From the NCBI GenBank assembly GCA_963785725.1, contig CAWAWS010000016.1:320001-384000 (forward strand): a DNA stretch of 64,000 bases, read 5' to 3'. The DNA comes from an uncultured delta proteobacterium. GTDB lineage: Bacteria; Myxococcota_A; Polyangia; Palsa-1104. Below the pieces are notes generated by a model that saw nothing but the letters and a program-made list of their open reading frames with translations, ran no database searches and was not told the DNA's origin. A program made the position numbers and the translations under genes. Of this stretch, positions 52,923 through 64,000 are shown one piece after another. The first letter of the stretch is position 1. Every line of letters begins with the position of its first letter.

Positions 52923-55476
52923 ATGCGCCGAATTCGCCCGCACGCTGTAGTCGTTCGCCACGCTGTCGTCGGTCTGACCGCTTGGGCCATGTTGCAAGGG
53001 GCGGCCGTCGCGGCGCCGCCGTTGCCGGTGCCGCACGCGGCCGGCTACGACAAGCCGCCGCCGGACATCCTCGACGTGCTGCACGCGCCGACGTTGCCGC
53101 GCCCGCTGGTGAATCCGCCGGGCACGACGATTCTGCTCGTCGCGTGGAGGAATATCCGTCGATCGCGCGCGTGGCCGAGCCGTTCCTCCGTCTGGCCGGC
53201 GTGCGCGTCGAGCCGCGCACGCGCCGCAAGCACGACACGCCCGGCGGTTACGGCGTCAGCCCGTGCGTGCGCGACTTCGCGCTCGCCGACGTCGCCAGCG
53301 GCACGCAGACCAAGGTCACCTTGCCGCGCACCGGCTGCGTCGACAGCCCGCAGTGGTCGCCGAGCGGCAAGCAGTTCGTCTTTCAGCGCAGCAACGGCGA
53401 CGCGGTCGAGCTCTGGCTCGGCGACGCGGCGCACGGCGCCGTCCATCGCGTCGGCGACGTCAAGCTCAACCCGATGCTCGGCAGGGACACGGTGCAGTGG
53501 ATGCCCGACGGCAAGACGCTGCTCGTCAAGGTCGTGCCGTCGGGCATCGGGCCGCCGCCGATCGCGCCCGTGGCCACCGACGGCCCGAGCATCCAGGAGA
53601 CGAACGGCGAAAGGGCGAGAGCAGCACCTACGAGACGCGCGACACGCTGACGAGCAAGCACGACGAGGATCTGTTCGACTACTACGCGCGCGCGCAGCTC
53701 GCGCTCGTCGACACGCAGACGGGCCGCGTCACGCGCATCGGCAAGCCGGGCATCCTGGCCGAGGTCGACGTCGGCGCCCGACGGTGAGCACATCCTCGTG
53801 CAGACGATCCACAAGCCGTACTCGTACGTGACGACCTACGACCGCTTTCCGCGCGACGTCGAAGTGTGGAACCGCGCCGGCGTCGTCACGCGCAAGCTGG
53901 CGTCGCTGCCGCTGGCCGAGCGCGTGCCCGTCGCCGGCGTGCGCACCGGGCCGCGCGTCTTCGGCTGGCGCGCGACCGAGCCGGCGACGCTCGTGTGGGC
54001 CGAGGCGCTCGACGGCGGCGATTGGAACGTCAAGGTGCCGGCGCGCGACAAGGTGATGATGCAGAAGGCGCCGTTCGATCAGCCGGCCGTGGAGATTGCG
54101 CGCAGGTCGAGCGCTGCGTCGACATTTCCTGGGGCGAGCAGCCGAGCGTCGCGCTCTTGACCGAATACGACGAGAACCATCACTGGACGCGCACGTTCCT
54201 GCTCAACGTCGACGCGCGCGCGGACAAGCCGCGGCTCGTCTTCGACCACTCGACCGACGAGCATTACAAGAACCCGGGCAGCCCGGTCATGCGCGAGCTC
54301 CCCAACGGCGTCGCGGTCGTGCGCCAAGACGGCGACAGCATCTTCTTGCAGGGCATGGGCGCGTCGCCGGATGGCGACCGTCCGTTCCTCGATCGCCTCG
54401 ATCTGCGCACGCTGAAGACGGAGCGGCTGTTTCGTTCGGACAAGAGCGCGTTCGATCGCTTCCTCGCCTTCGCCGACCCGACGAGTCACGCGTTTCTGAC
54501 GTGGCATCAGTCGCCGACCGAGCCGCCGAACGCCTTTCTGCGAACGCTCGGCGCGCCCCAAGTCGCGGCCGCGGGCGAGCCGACCGTGGCGTCGACGGCG
54601 CGCGCGGTCACGCGCCTGACCGACCCGACGCCGGCCGTGCGCGCGATCAAGAAGCGCCTCGTCAAGTACAAGCGCAAGGACGGGCTCGACCTCTCGTTCA
54701 CGATCTACACGCCGCCCGGCTACAAAGAGGGCACGCGCGTGCCGGCGATCCTCTACGCCTATCCGCTCGACTACGCCGACGCGTCGAAGGCGGGCCAGGT
54801 GACGGGCTCGCAGCAGACGTTCACCGTGCTGCGCAAGTACAAGCTGCTCTTGCTGGCGGGTTACGCGATCATCGACATGGCGTCGTTCCCCATCGTCGGC
54901 GATCCCAAGAAGGCCTACGACCACTACCTCGATCAGCTCGTGGCCGACGCGAAGGCGGCCGTCGACAAGGCGGTCGAGATCGGCGTCGTCGATCGCGATC
55001 GCATCGGCGTGACCGGGCACAGCCACGGCGCGCTGATGACGGTGAACCTGTTGGCGCATTCGACGCTGTTCCGCGCCGGCGTGGCGACGAGCGGCTCGTA
55101 CAACAAGACGCTCACGCCCTTCGGCTTCCAGAACGAGCGGCGCTCGGTGTGGGACGCGCAGAGCGTCTATTTCCAGGCCTCGCCGTTCTTCTTCGCGCAC
55201 ACGCTGAAGGTGCCGCTGCTGCTCGTGCACGGCGCCGAGGACGCCAACCCGGGCACGACGCCGCTGCAGGCGCTCAAGCTGTTCGAAGCGATGCGCGGCA
55301 ACGGCGGCACGACGCGGCTCGTGATGCTGCCGCACGAGCCGCACTGGTACGCCGCCATGGAGTCGAACGAGCAGCTCGCCTACGAGATGATCCGCTGGTT
55401 CGATCTGTACGTGAAGAACGCGCCGTCGCCGGCCGCATCCGCGCCGCATTCGCCCGCCGCGTCGCTCACGCCGTAA
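52923..55476 (+). CDS. S9 prolyl oligopeptidase family peptidase (four frameshifts; pseudogene or assembly error)
   Basis: YDKPP, WAEALDGGD, GHSHG, YNKTLTPFGFQNE, HGAEDANPGT, LPHEPH; frame changes near 53150, 53610, 53775 and 54105. Confidence 0.8.
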
Positions 55477-55565
55477 CCCGCTCGGTGGCGACGCATCGGC
55501 GTCGCAATGGGCGTGCACGTTTGGTTGACAGACGCGCGCCACTTTGCTACCCCTTTTCGCCGCTT

Positions 55566-55639
55566 GGCTCCTTAGCTCAACTGGTTAGAGCAGACGCTTC
55601 ATACGCGTAAGGTTCGGGGTTCGAGTCCCTGAGGAGCCA
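55566..55639 (+). tRNA. tRNA-Met (CAT), probably elongator
   Basis: Acceptor GGCTCCT/AGGAGCC, D arm GCTC/GAGC, loop TTCATAC, T loop TTCGAGT; G1-C72 paired; CCA not encoded; TTGACA upstream at 55525. Confidence 0.92.
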
Positions 55640-55812
55640 CTAGAGGTCCACCCGCCGCTTTCCGTCGTCACTCGCAACAAATCGCCCTTCGAAATCGAAA
55701 CGATCGCTCTCGCGCCGACGCGCAGGCCGCGACACGCGCGTCCGCCCGTGTCCCGAAGACGGTACACGTCCGTCGGCAAGCGAATGATCGAGCACAGTTT
55801 TTTCGCGTGCGT

Positions 55813-55870
55813 TCCGTCAAACAAGTTTGACGGAGGGCCGTTTGAAGGTCCATCTGCTGCATGGTAGGGT
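55813..55870 (+). promoter_or_regulatory. inverted repeat plus promoter of the STAND gene
   Basis: Perfect IR tccgtcaaac-aa-gtttgacgga (55813-55834); TTGAAG-N17-TAGGGT (55842-55870). Confidence 0.5.
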
Positions 55871-55878
55871 CCGCACCC

Positions 55879-58744
55879 ATGAAGTGCTTCGCTTGCGGCG
55901 TCGCGAATCGCGCCGGCTCTCTTCGCTGCTCGGGTTGCGGCGCGGAGCTGCCGCCGAGCTGCGCCGCGTGCGGAGCGGCCGTGCCCAAAGGCGTCGACCT
56001 GTGCGCCAACTGTCGGACCGAGCGCGTGCCGGAGGCGCTCGCCGTCGAGCCAAGTAGCGACGACGGCGACGACGCCGAGCTCCTCGACGACGCCGAGCTG
56101 ATCGAAGAGACGCCGCGCTTTCCGACGCAGACGCGCTTCGTCGGCCGCTCGGCGCAGCTGACGCAGCTCATGTCGCTCGTCGATGGCGCGCGTAAAGGCG
56201 AGCTCGGCTTCGTGGCGCTGCTCGGTCCCTCGGGGATCGGCAAGACGCGGCTCATCGACGAGCTGGCGACGCAGCTGCGCCGGCGCGGCGACGTGCGCGT
56301 CCTGTCGACGGTGGCGCCGGGCGGGCCGGGCGCGACGCCGTTCGGGCCGTTCGAGCGCCTCTTGCGCGAGCGCTTCGGCGTGACCGAGACGATGTCGACC
56401 GAGATGGGCCGCGCCCGCATCGCGTCGGTCGTCGGTGAGCGCGTGCCCGGCTCGCGGGCGACCGAAGTGACGCACCTCCTGGCGCAGCTCGTTCAGCTGC
56501 CCTATCCCGACTCGGCCGTCATCGGCGAGCTGGCGGAGACGCCGGCGCAGCTCGAGGCGCGCACGTTCATCGCGCTCAAGCGCTTCTTGGCCGCCGACGC
56601 CGCGGTGCAGCCGCTCGTCATCGTGCTCGACGACGGCGAGCGCGCGTCGCCGGAGACGATCAACCTGTGGCACTACTTGGCCGCGGGGTTGGCGTCGTCG
56701 CCGGTGCTGCTGGCGTGCGTGGCGCGACCGGCGCTATTCGAGAGCCATCCCACCTTCGGCGAAGGCGACGCGCCCTTGACGCGCATCGACTTGGGACCGC
56801 TGCCGCCCGCCGAAGCCGCCGAGCTGTTCGCCGAGCTGTGCAAGCCGGCCGGTCCGCCGCCGCCGTCGCTGCAGCGGCATGTCGAAGGGCGCGCCAAAGG
56901 CGTGCCGCGCGCGCTCGTCGAGCTGGTGCGCTATCTGCTCGAGCTCGGCGCCATCGTCAGCGGCGACGGCGACGGTTGGCGCTTCGAGCCCGGCAAGCTG
57001 CTCGGCGCGCCCTTGCCGGACGACTTGGGCGGCCTCGTCGCCGAGCGGCTGCGCGTCATGGCGCCGGCCGAGCGCGACCTCTTGGAAAAAGCAGCCGCGT
57101 GCGGCGAGTCGTTCTGGCTCGACGCCGTGGTCATGCTGGTCCGCGCCGCCGCCGTGTACGACGAGAGCGGTGCCGGCAGCCCCGACGGTCCGACGCTCGC
57201 CGAAGTCGAAGCCGCCGGCGATCGCACGCGCGCCGAGGTCGAAGCCGCGCTCGCCGAGCTCGGCCGCCGCGGCATCCTCGTCGCGCAGCGCCACACGACC
57301 ATCCCCGGCGAGCGCGAATATCGCTTCGCCTATCCGCCCTGGTTCGAGGTCGTCTACGATCGCGTCGACGGCGCCGCGCGCAACCGCTACCACCGCCTGA
57401 TCGCGCAGTGGCTCGAGCTGCGTCCGACCGGTCGCGGCGAAGAAGAACAAGAGGAGATCGGCCGTCACCTCGAGCGCGCCGGCGAGGGCGACGGCGCCTC
57501 GGTCCGCTATCGTCGCGCCGGCGACGCGGCGCGGGCGCGCTATTACAACGACAAAGCCGTGCGCCTGTACGACGCCGCCCTCGCCTGCCTCGGTCGCGGC
57601 GACTTGGCGTCGCGCATCCACTTGTGGCACGACCTCGGCAGCGTCTATCAGCTCAAAGGCGAGCTCGATCAGGCGCTGCAGGCGTTCGAGCGCATGTTGC
57701 GGCTGGCCTGGGTCGTGGCGTCGCGCACCAAAGCGGCCGTCGCCTTCAACAAAATGGGCCGCATTCACCGGCAAAAAGGCGATCTCACGGTCGCGCTCGA
57801 CTATTTGGAGCGCGGGCGCGAGCTGTTCGTGCAAGGCGGTGACGTGCGCGGCGTGGCCGGCTCGCTCGACGACATCGGCCAGGTCTTGTGGCTGCTGGCC
57901 CGCTACGACGAGGCGCTCGACCGCTCGGCGGCGGCGCTGGAGACGCGGCGCAAGCTCGGCGATCGCCGCGCCATCGCCGCGTCGCTGATGAACATCGGCA
58001 ACATCGAGCGTCACCGCGGCCTCTTCGACGAAGCCGACGCCTGCTATCACGAGGCGCTCGAGCTGCGCCGCGGGCTCGAAGATCAGGCGGGCATCGTGCA
58101 GTGCGAGAACGGGATGGGCGTGCTGGCGTTTCAGCGCGGTCAGGTCGTCGAGGCGCGCAAGATTCTGGGAGTCGGCGCTGGCCGAAGCCGAGCGCATCGG
58201 CGCCTTGCCGCTGCAGGCGCTGCTCTTGTCGCACCTCGGCGAAGCGGCGCGCGTCGACGGTTCGCGCGCCGAAGCCCAGCAGCGCTTCGTGGCCGCGCTG
58301 GCGCTGGCGCACGATCTCGATGACAAGCGGCTGACGGCCGAGGTCGAGCGCCACTTGGGGCTCATCGATCTGGAGTCGGGCGAGCACGAGCGCGCGCTCG
58401 AGCGCTGCGAGCAGTCGCTGACGATCGCCACCGCCGCCGGCATCCGCGTCGACGTCGGCCGCGCCCTCGTCGCGCTCGGCGAAGTGCACGCCGCCACGCT
58501 CTTCGACGACACCGGACACGGCGAGCTCAGCGCCGAGGACTACTTCACGCGCGGCGTGCAGCTGTTCCGCGACATCGGCAACGAAGCCGAGCTCGGCCTC
58601 GGCCTCGAGCGCTTCGGCCGCTATCGCGTCGAGCGCGGCAACGTCACCGAGGGCAAGCAGCTCCTGACCGAGGCCGAGGCCATCTTCCGCCGCCTCGGCA
58701 TGCGCGCCGGCGACGCCCTGCGCCTCGTCATCGGCGAGCTGTAG
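55879..58744 (+). CDS. double zinc ribbon - STAND/AAA NTPase - TPR protein (frameshift near 58165)
   Basis: CxxC ribbons, FVGR, GPSGIGKT, VLDD, GVP, YRF and TPR repeats. Confidence 0.85.
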
Positions 58745-58770
58745 AGCGGCTCGCGCGTCGCTGCTCAGCG

Positions 58771-59706
58771 TTAGAACCGCGACGGCGTGGCCAGGTCGCG
58801 GTTGCGCTCGGCCTCGTGACGCTCGAGGTGGACGATCGCCTGCTTCGCCAGGTCGCGCATCTCGGGGCTGTCATGGCCCGACGAGACGAACTCCAAGTAG
58901 GCGCGCGCTTCGGGACCGCCGATCGTCGCCAGCGCATCCAACACCTTCGGTAGATCGCCGGTATCGTAGAACTTGGCCACGTCGGTGAGTGGATGCACGG
59001 CGCGCGGATCGCCGATCGCCGCCAGCGCGCCGATGGCCCGATCGCGCACGGCGTGATCGTCGCTCTTGAGCCGCCGAATCAGCGCCGGCACCGCCTGCGA
59101 CGCGCGCCGATCGGCGGCCAGCGTCATCGCCTCGTCACGCAAGTCGTCGTCGCTGCCGTCGATGGCGGTGACGATCGCGGCGACGTCGCCGGCGGCCAAG
59201 CGCACGCGCGCGCCGACGCCGGCCACGCAGTCGGCGATGGCGCGCTCGGCGTGCGCTTGCCACGCCGGCTCGCCCTTGGCGCCGACGACAAACGCGCGCT
59301 CGGCCAGCGCCGACTGCTCGAACGACAGCGCGCCCGGCTCGCCGCCGATGGGCGTCAAATGCGCGGCGACCAGCGCGCGCAAATTCCCCTTCTTCGTCGT
59401 CGCGTCCTCGGCCGCGCCGATCTCGAGCTCGACGCGCAGGCGATAGCGCGGCTGCTTCGCGTCCTTGGAATCCGGCGTCGCGTCGGCGCCGCCGTCTTCG
59501 TGCACGACGATGCCCGCCGATTTGGCGATCGCCGTCAAGGCCGCGTCATGCAGCCGCGCCTCGTCGAGCTTGGGCGCGCCGTCGGCGTCTTGCCCTTTGT
59601 AGAGCACGCGCACCTCGGCCACTTGCGGCGGCTGCGGCGCGGACTTGCGCGGACAGCCGGCCAGCGTCACCAGCGCCAACAGCGGCCAAACGAGCCTCAC
59701 CTGCAC
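58771..59706 (-). CDS. HEAT-repeat lipoprotein
   Basis: Lipobox LAGC; AVPALI..VRDRAIGALAAIGDPRAV. Confidence 0.8.
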   Translation of the reverse strand: MQVRLVWPLLALVTLAGCPRKSAPQPPQVAEVRVLYKGQDADGAPKLDEARLHDAALTAIAKSAGIVVHEDGGADATPDSKDAKQPRYRLRVELEIGAAEDATTKKGNLRALVAAHLTPIGGEPGALSFEQSALAERAFVVGAKGEPAWQAHAERAIADCVAGVGARVRLAAGDVAAIVTAIDGSDDDLRDEAMTLAADRRASQAVPALIRRLKSDDHAVRDRAIGALAAIGDPRAVHPLTDVAKFYDTGDLPKVLDALATIGGPEARAYLEFVSSGHDSPEMRDLAKQAIVHLERHEAERNRDLATPSRF

Positions 59707-59709
59707 ATC

Positions 59710-60231
59710 TTACAGGCGCTTCAACATGACCAACAGGTCGTCGCCCGGGCGATAGAAGTCGAGCATCTCGGCGACGACGGGATAGTGCAGCCGCTCGTAG
59801 AACGCGCGCGCCGCGCCGTAGCCGTCGAGGCGCGACGTCTCGACGCGCACCAGCCGGCCGCCGACGGCGCGCACTTCGTCCTCCATGCGCGTCGTCAGCG
59901 CGCGCGCCAAGCCGGCGCCGCGCGCGTCGGGATGCACGGCAATCCAATACAGATCCCACGTGCCTTCGGTCATCGGCGTCGGGCCGTAGCAGATGTAACC
60001 GGCGAGCGCGCCGTTCAGATCGGCGCACAGGACGCGATATTCGCCGCCCGGCTCAGCGAGCGCGGCGTCGATGAGCTCGAGCGCGACCGACACCTCCTCG
60101 CGCGTGAAGAGCCCGTCCTTCGTCAAGAGCTGGTGCAGCGGCACTCGATCGCGCAGCTGCAGCGGGCGAATCGAGGTCTGCGCCGGCAACGGCGAGGGCT
60201 TGAGGCGATGCTGCACGTTCTCCGACGACAT
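59710..60231 (-). CDS. GNAT acetyltransferase
   Basis: GYICYGPTP, DLYWIAVHP..RGAGLA, VETS, DFYRPGD. Confidence 0.85.
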   Translation of the reverse strand: MSSENVQHRLKPSPLPAQTSIRPLQLRDRVPLHQLLTKDGLFTREEVSVALELIDAALAEPGGEYRVLCADLNGALAGYICYGPTPMTEGTWDLYWIAVHPDARGAGLARALTTRMEDEVRAVGGRLVRVETSRLDGYGAARAFYERLHYPVVAEMLDFYRPGDDLLVMLKRL

Positions 60232-61267
60232 GAGTGCTCTCTTGGTGGTGGCGCGCCATCGCCGTCATGACGATGCGCACGATTAAGTCGCGATAAGCGA
60301 GGCCGGCGAACGACGCCGCACGGCAGACGCCGGCGCCGTCGGACAAGTCGCAGTTGGGGTTGACGTCGATGACCCAGGGCACGCCGTCGCCGTCGAGGCG
60401 CAGGTCGACGCGCGCGTAGTCGCGCAGCTCGAGCGCGACGAAGGCGGCGCGGGCGACGTCGTGACAGCGCGCCCGGGTCGCCTCGTCGAGCTGCTCGGCT
60501 TTGATCGACCGCGTGCCTTTGTATTCTTGCGAATCGGGGAGCCATTTGCCGTCGTAGGTGACGATGGCGGGCGCGCCCGACGGCATCTCGCTGAAGTCGA
60601 CCTCGTGCATCGGCAGCGCCGCCAGCGACGGGCCGTTGCCGACGAGCGACACATACAGCTCGCGTCCGACGACGAAGGGCTCGACGAGCGCCGACTGCCG
60701 ATAGCGTGCGACGATCTCGTTAACGCGCTCCTTTAGCGACGCCCGATCGTGCACCACCGAGCGCAGCCAGATGCCGGTCGACGCATCCTCGCGCGTCGGC
60801 TTGACGATGAGCGGGAACGGCGGCAGCTCCCCGTCCGGCGGCAACTTACCGTCGCTGACGAAGCCGCCCGGCGTGGGCACGCCCTGAGCGCGCAAGATGG
60901 CCTTCGTGCGATCCTTGCGTAGCGCCGTGCCCAGCGCCAACGGGCCGGAGCCGCTATAAGCGAGGCCGGCGAGCTCGAGCAGCGACGGCAACAGCGTCTC
61001 GTGGCGCGCGTCGCCGGCCAGCGATTCGCACAGGTTGAACACGAGATCGGGCGCGCTCGCCTGCAATTGCGCGACGAGCTGCGCGGCGGCGGCACAGTCG
61101 TCGGGCGCGGCCAGCAGCGTCGCGTCGTGGCCCGCTTCGGTCAGCGCGCGGGCGATGTCGCGAGCGGCGTTCTCGACGTCGGCGCGCGAAGCAAACTCGG
61201 GATCATCTTCGGCCGAAAAGTCCCGGTTGTGCACGATGGCGATGCACAACCGTCGCGGATGGCCCAT
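60053..61267 (-). CDS. D-Ala-D-Ala ligase-like ATP-grasp enzyme
   Basis: FNLCESL, YSGS, KPTREDASTGI, GRE, RDYARVDLR, DVNPNCD; overlaps the GNAT 5' end by about 180 nt. Confidence 0.85.
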   Translation of the reverse strand: MGHPRRLCIAIVHNRDFSAEDDPEFASRADVENAARDIARALTEAGHDATLLAAPDDCAAAAQLVAQLQASAPDLVFNLCESLAGDARHETLLPSLLELAGLAYSGSGPLALGTALRKDRTKAILRAQGVPTPGGFVSDGKLPPDGELPPFPLIVKPTREDASTGIWLRSVVHDRASLKERVNEIVARYRQSALVEPFVVGRELYVSLVGNGPSLAALPMHEVDFSEMPSGAPAIVTYDGKWLPDSQEYKGTRSIKAEQLDEATRARCHDVARAAFVALELRDYARVDLRLDGDGVPWVIDVNPNCDLSDGAGVCRAASFAGLAYRDLIVRIVMTAMARHHQESTHVVGERAASPQALAVAGADLDSPAAAARSSAAAPALDEGRALHARGGVGRARAHRRRAR

Positions 61268-61315
61268 CGAGTGGCGTCCCGGCGACGACTGCGCCGTTTC
61301 GAACGCGCTTGGCGG

Positions 61316-62056
61316 TTATTCTACGGAGGGTCGATCCAATTGCAACGATTCATTGGCGCCGATTTCGCGCCCGACCTCGTGCAACGTGTGTCCCGACAAG
61401 CGCGCGAACGCCGCCGCAAACTCGGCTGCCACCGTCGGTAAATCGGGCGTCGTGTGCGACTCGGCGGCGATCGACGTCACGCGCCGATTGGACAGCCCAC
61501 ACGGCACGATGAGCGCGAAATGGTCGAGCGCCGTGTTGACGTTGAGCGCCAGGCCATGAATCGCGACGCGGCGATGGACGTGCACGCCGATCGCCGCCAG
61601 CTTGGCGTCCGGCGTCCACACGCCCGGGCAGTCGCGATCGAAGCGCGCCGTCACGCCATGCTGCGCCGCGACGTCGACCGCCGCCTGCGCCAGCCGCTCG
61701 ACGTGCGCCACCACGCCGTCGACGAGCCGCACGACCGGATAGGCCACGAGCTGCCCCGGCCCGTGATAGGTCACGTCGCCGCCGCGCGACGAGCGCACGA
61801 CGGCGACACCGCGCGCCGCCAATTCCTCGGGCGTGGCCAGCAGATTCTCGGGCTTGGTCCGCCGCCCCATCGTGATCGTCGCCGGATGCTCCAGCAGCAG
61901 TAACGTCTCCGCCGCTAAGTCGCCGTCGAGGATGCGGGCGCGCAGCCGCTCCATGCGGGCCACCGCGTCATCGTAGTCGACGCGTCCGAGCCAGGCCCAG
62001 CCGAGCCTCCCCAGCCCTCGCCCTCGCCCGTCGGCGCTAGGAAGGGCGAGACTCAT
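61316..62056 (-). CDS. lipB: octanoyltransferase (lipoate biosynthesis)
   Basis: LLEHP, RGGDVTYHGPGQLVAYP, KLAAIG, HGLALN, PCGL. Confidence 0.93.
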   Translation of the reverse strand: MSLALPSADGRGRGLGRLGWAWLGRVDYDDAVARMERLRARILDGDLAAETLLLLEHPATITMGRRTKPENLLATPEELAARGVAVVRSSRGGDVTYHGPGQLVAYPVVRLVDGVVAHVERLAQAAVDVAAQHGVTARFDRDCPGVWTPDAKLAAIGVHVHRRVAIHGLALNVNTALDHFALIVPCGLSNRRVTSIAAESHTTPDLPTVAAEFAAAFARLSGHTLHEVGREIGANESLQLDRPSVE

Positions 62057-64000
62057 CCCTCGGTGAGCTCGCCGAAGAAGTCGAGATCGAGGTAGTCGAC
62101 CGGGATGGCGACGCGACGCACGCCGAGGCCGTGCTCGATGAGCAGCGCCGCCAACGCGTTGCCGTCGTAGAGCGTGACGCCGCCCTGCTTGAGCTCGGTG
62201 AGCGCCTCGGCGTTGGGATTGCCACCGGCGAAGAGGAGCCCTTCGTCGAAGCCCTTGGCGGCCAAGCCCGCGCGCAATTCGCCGACGGCGCGGCGGTTGA
62301 TCTCGGACTCGCTCGGCCGGAGCGCGACCAGCGTGCGCACCGTGCCCGCGCCGGCCGTGCGCGTGCCGCCGAAGTAGGCGACGCCCTCGCCGCGACGAAT
62401 CAGCTCGACGGCGCCGATGCCGAGCTTGTCGCACAGCGTGCGGCCGAGCGCCTCGAATGCCGGCGGCGCCAAGCGGCCGACGCGACGACGAATGACGGCG
62501 CGGGTCGCGTCGCCCAGCTTGACGACGCGATCGCCGAGCTCGCGCTCAGCCGAGTACAGCTCGGGATCGAGCCGCTTGTCGGCCGCCTGGAACTGGCCGC
62601 CGCCGACGTTGCGCACCCGCGCCCTAAGGCCGGCCGCTTCGCGCTCGCGCCGCTCACCGACGAGCGCCATGCGGATGAGGCGGACGAGATTGACCGGCGC
62701 CGTGCGCGCGTCGACGAGCCGCCGCTTGGCTGCCGTCTCGGCGATGAGCCGCACGTGCATCGGCCGCCCGTCGGAGTTGCGCAGCACGTCGAGCACTGCC
62801 TCGACGAGGCCGGCGGCCGGCTTGCCGTCGCGAATCGGCCCGTCGCTCGCGGTCGCGGTCGCGGCGGCCGGCGGTCGCGCTCGTCGCCGGCGCGTGCGCC
62901 GGACGATCATGCGGCGCGTGCGGGCGCGGCGAAGCGCCATGCTGCGACTGCGGACGCGGTCCGCTCGACTGCGCCGACGACGACTGCTGCGCCGGCTTGT
63001 CGCCGGGCTTGCCGTGGCGCGCCTCCGCGCCGCGCTTGTGCCGATGGTCGCGCCGATGGCGCTCGTCGCGCGAGCCGCGAATCTCCGGACGCACGACGCG
63101 ATCGTCGTCGGTGCGCGTCACGTCTTCGGCGCCGTGCGCCGGCGCCAACAGCGGTCCCGTGTCGTGATCGAAGTCGGCGTCGAGATCCTCGGCATTGTCG
63201 AGTAGCTCTTCGCCACCGACCGTGCCTTCATCGTCGCCGACGGCCGTTCCTGCCGCTTCGCCTTCGGGCGGCAACGTCTCCGCCGTCTCCAGCGCGACAT
63301 CGGCCGATTCCACGGCCGTGGCCGCCGATTCCGTCGCAGCCACCGCCGCCGGCGCGTCGAACGCCGCCGCCGCGCGCGTCGTCACCGCCGGCGCGCTCGC
63401 CGCCGCGACGGCCGCTTTCGGCTCGTCCGCGTCGTCCGCATCATCGTCATCGCCGGCATCCGCCGCGTCGACGCTCGGCGAGCCTTGCCGGCGCCGTCCG
63501 CGACCACCCCGCCGCCGCCGCCGCTTCTTTTCGCCCGCCGCGTCGCCTGCCGCGCCTTCGGCGGCCGCCGCTTCGGCCGGTGCGACCGTCGCCGTCGCGT
63601 CGCCGGCCGGCGCGCTCGCCGCTTCCGCCGCCGGCTTGACGGGCTCGCTCGCCGCCGCGACCGCAGCGCCAGCCGTTGCCGCGACCTTCGGCGCGCTCGC
63701 GCCCTCGGCCGCGGCTTCGCTCTCGCCGTCGCCATCAGCCGTGTCCTCGGCGGCGGTGTCGTCGCCGGCCGTGCCGTCGGCGCGACGTCCGCCACGCCGG
63801 CGCCGGCGCCGCCCCTTCTTGGGCTCGTCGGCGGCGCCTGCGACCGCCGTCGCATCGCCCTCCGCCTTCACCGCGGACGGCGTGCCGTTGGCCGGCTTGG
63901 CCGCCGGCGCCGGCTTCGGCGGGTAGACGTGCAAACCGAACGTGTCCGGCTTGATGCGCACGAGATCGGGATGCGATGCGGCCCGTGCCATCGCCTCGTC
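62053..64000 (-). CDS. HARE-HTH / disordered / HTH / degenerate Mrr-like domain protein (5' end off window; frameshift near 62830)
   Basis: DLVRIKPDTFGL winged-helix end; poly-Arg and acidic linkers; AVLDVLR..RPMHVRLIAE; AFEAL...VGELR..LYDG..LAALLIEHGLGV Mrr-like fold. Confidence 0.65.

Noticed and set aside
46514..55639. tRNA-anchored genomic island or prophage
   Set aside because: No integrase or phage genes, no duplicated tRNA 3' end found, and the variable region is on the 5' side of the tRNA.
55566..55639. Initiator tRNA-fMet or tRNA-Ile2
   Set aside because: The 1-72 pair is intact and there is no GGG/CCC anticodon stem, so it is not fMet. The TTCATAC loop and GGCT start favour elongator Met, though Ile2 is not strictly excluded.

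Overview
High-GC (roughly 70% by eye) bacterial chromosome segment. Gene content points to Myxococcota, probably Polyangia-like: a CdbA-like RHH protein, a MYXO-CTERM-like sorting tail, FHA/Ser-Thr kinase clusters and sigma54 promoters. Housekeeping blocks are pheA-hisC-tyrA, cdbA-lepA-lepB-sirtuin, lipB-ddl-like-GNAT-HEAT and a tRNA-Met. A 13 kb phospho-signalling cluster (8.3-21.4 kb) holds a kinase, a PP2C, four FHA proteins including an FHA-protease and a catalytically degenerate FHA-CpaF/TadA ATPase, a secreted Zn-PLC/P1-nuclease-like protein and a SUKH-like protein. A non-catalytic ketosynthase and an intact ketosynthase lie 21 kb apart. The most unusual signal is non-coding. Several intergenic gaps between 39 and 50.5 kb carry tandem arrays of transcription-factor-operator-like motifs. 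One is a 62-64 bp-phased TetR-type palindrome array that decays away from its promoter and coincides with a local G-to-C skew flip. Another is a promoter-less pair of near-copies of the ArsR operator found 42 kb away. Also present are a TA-flanked MITE-like element, many apparently leaderless or bidirectional promoters, and about nine single-base frameshifts that are probably assembly errors. No CRISPR-Cas, integrase or transposase was seen. All calls come from motif reading; no database search was run.
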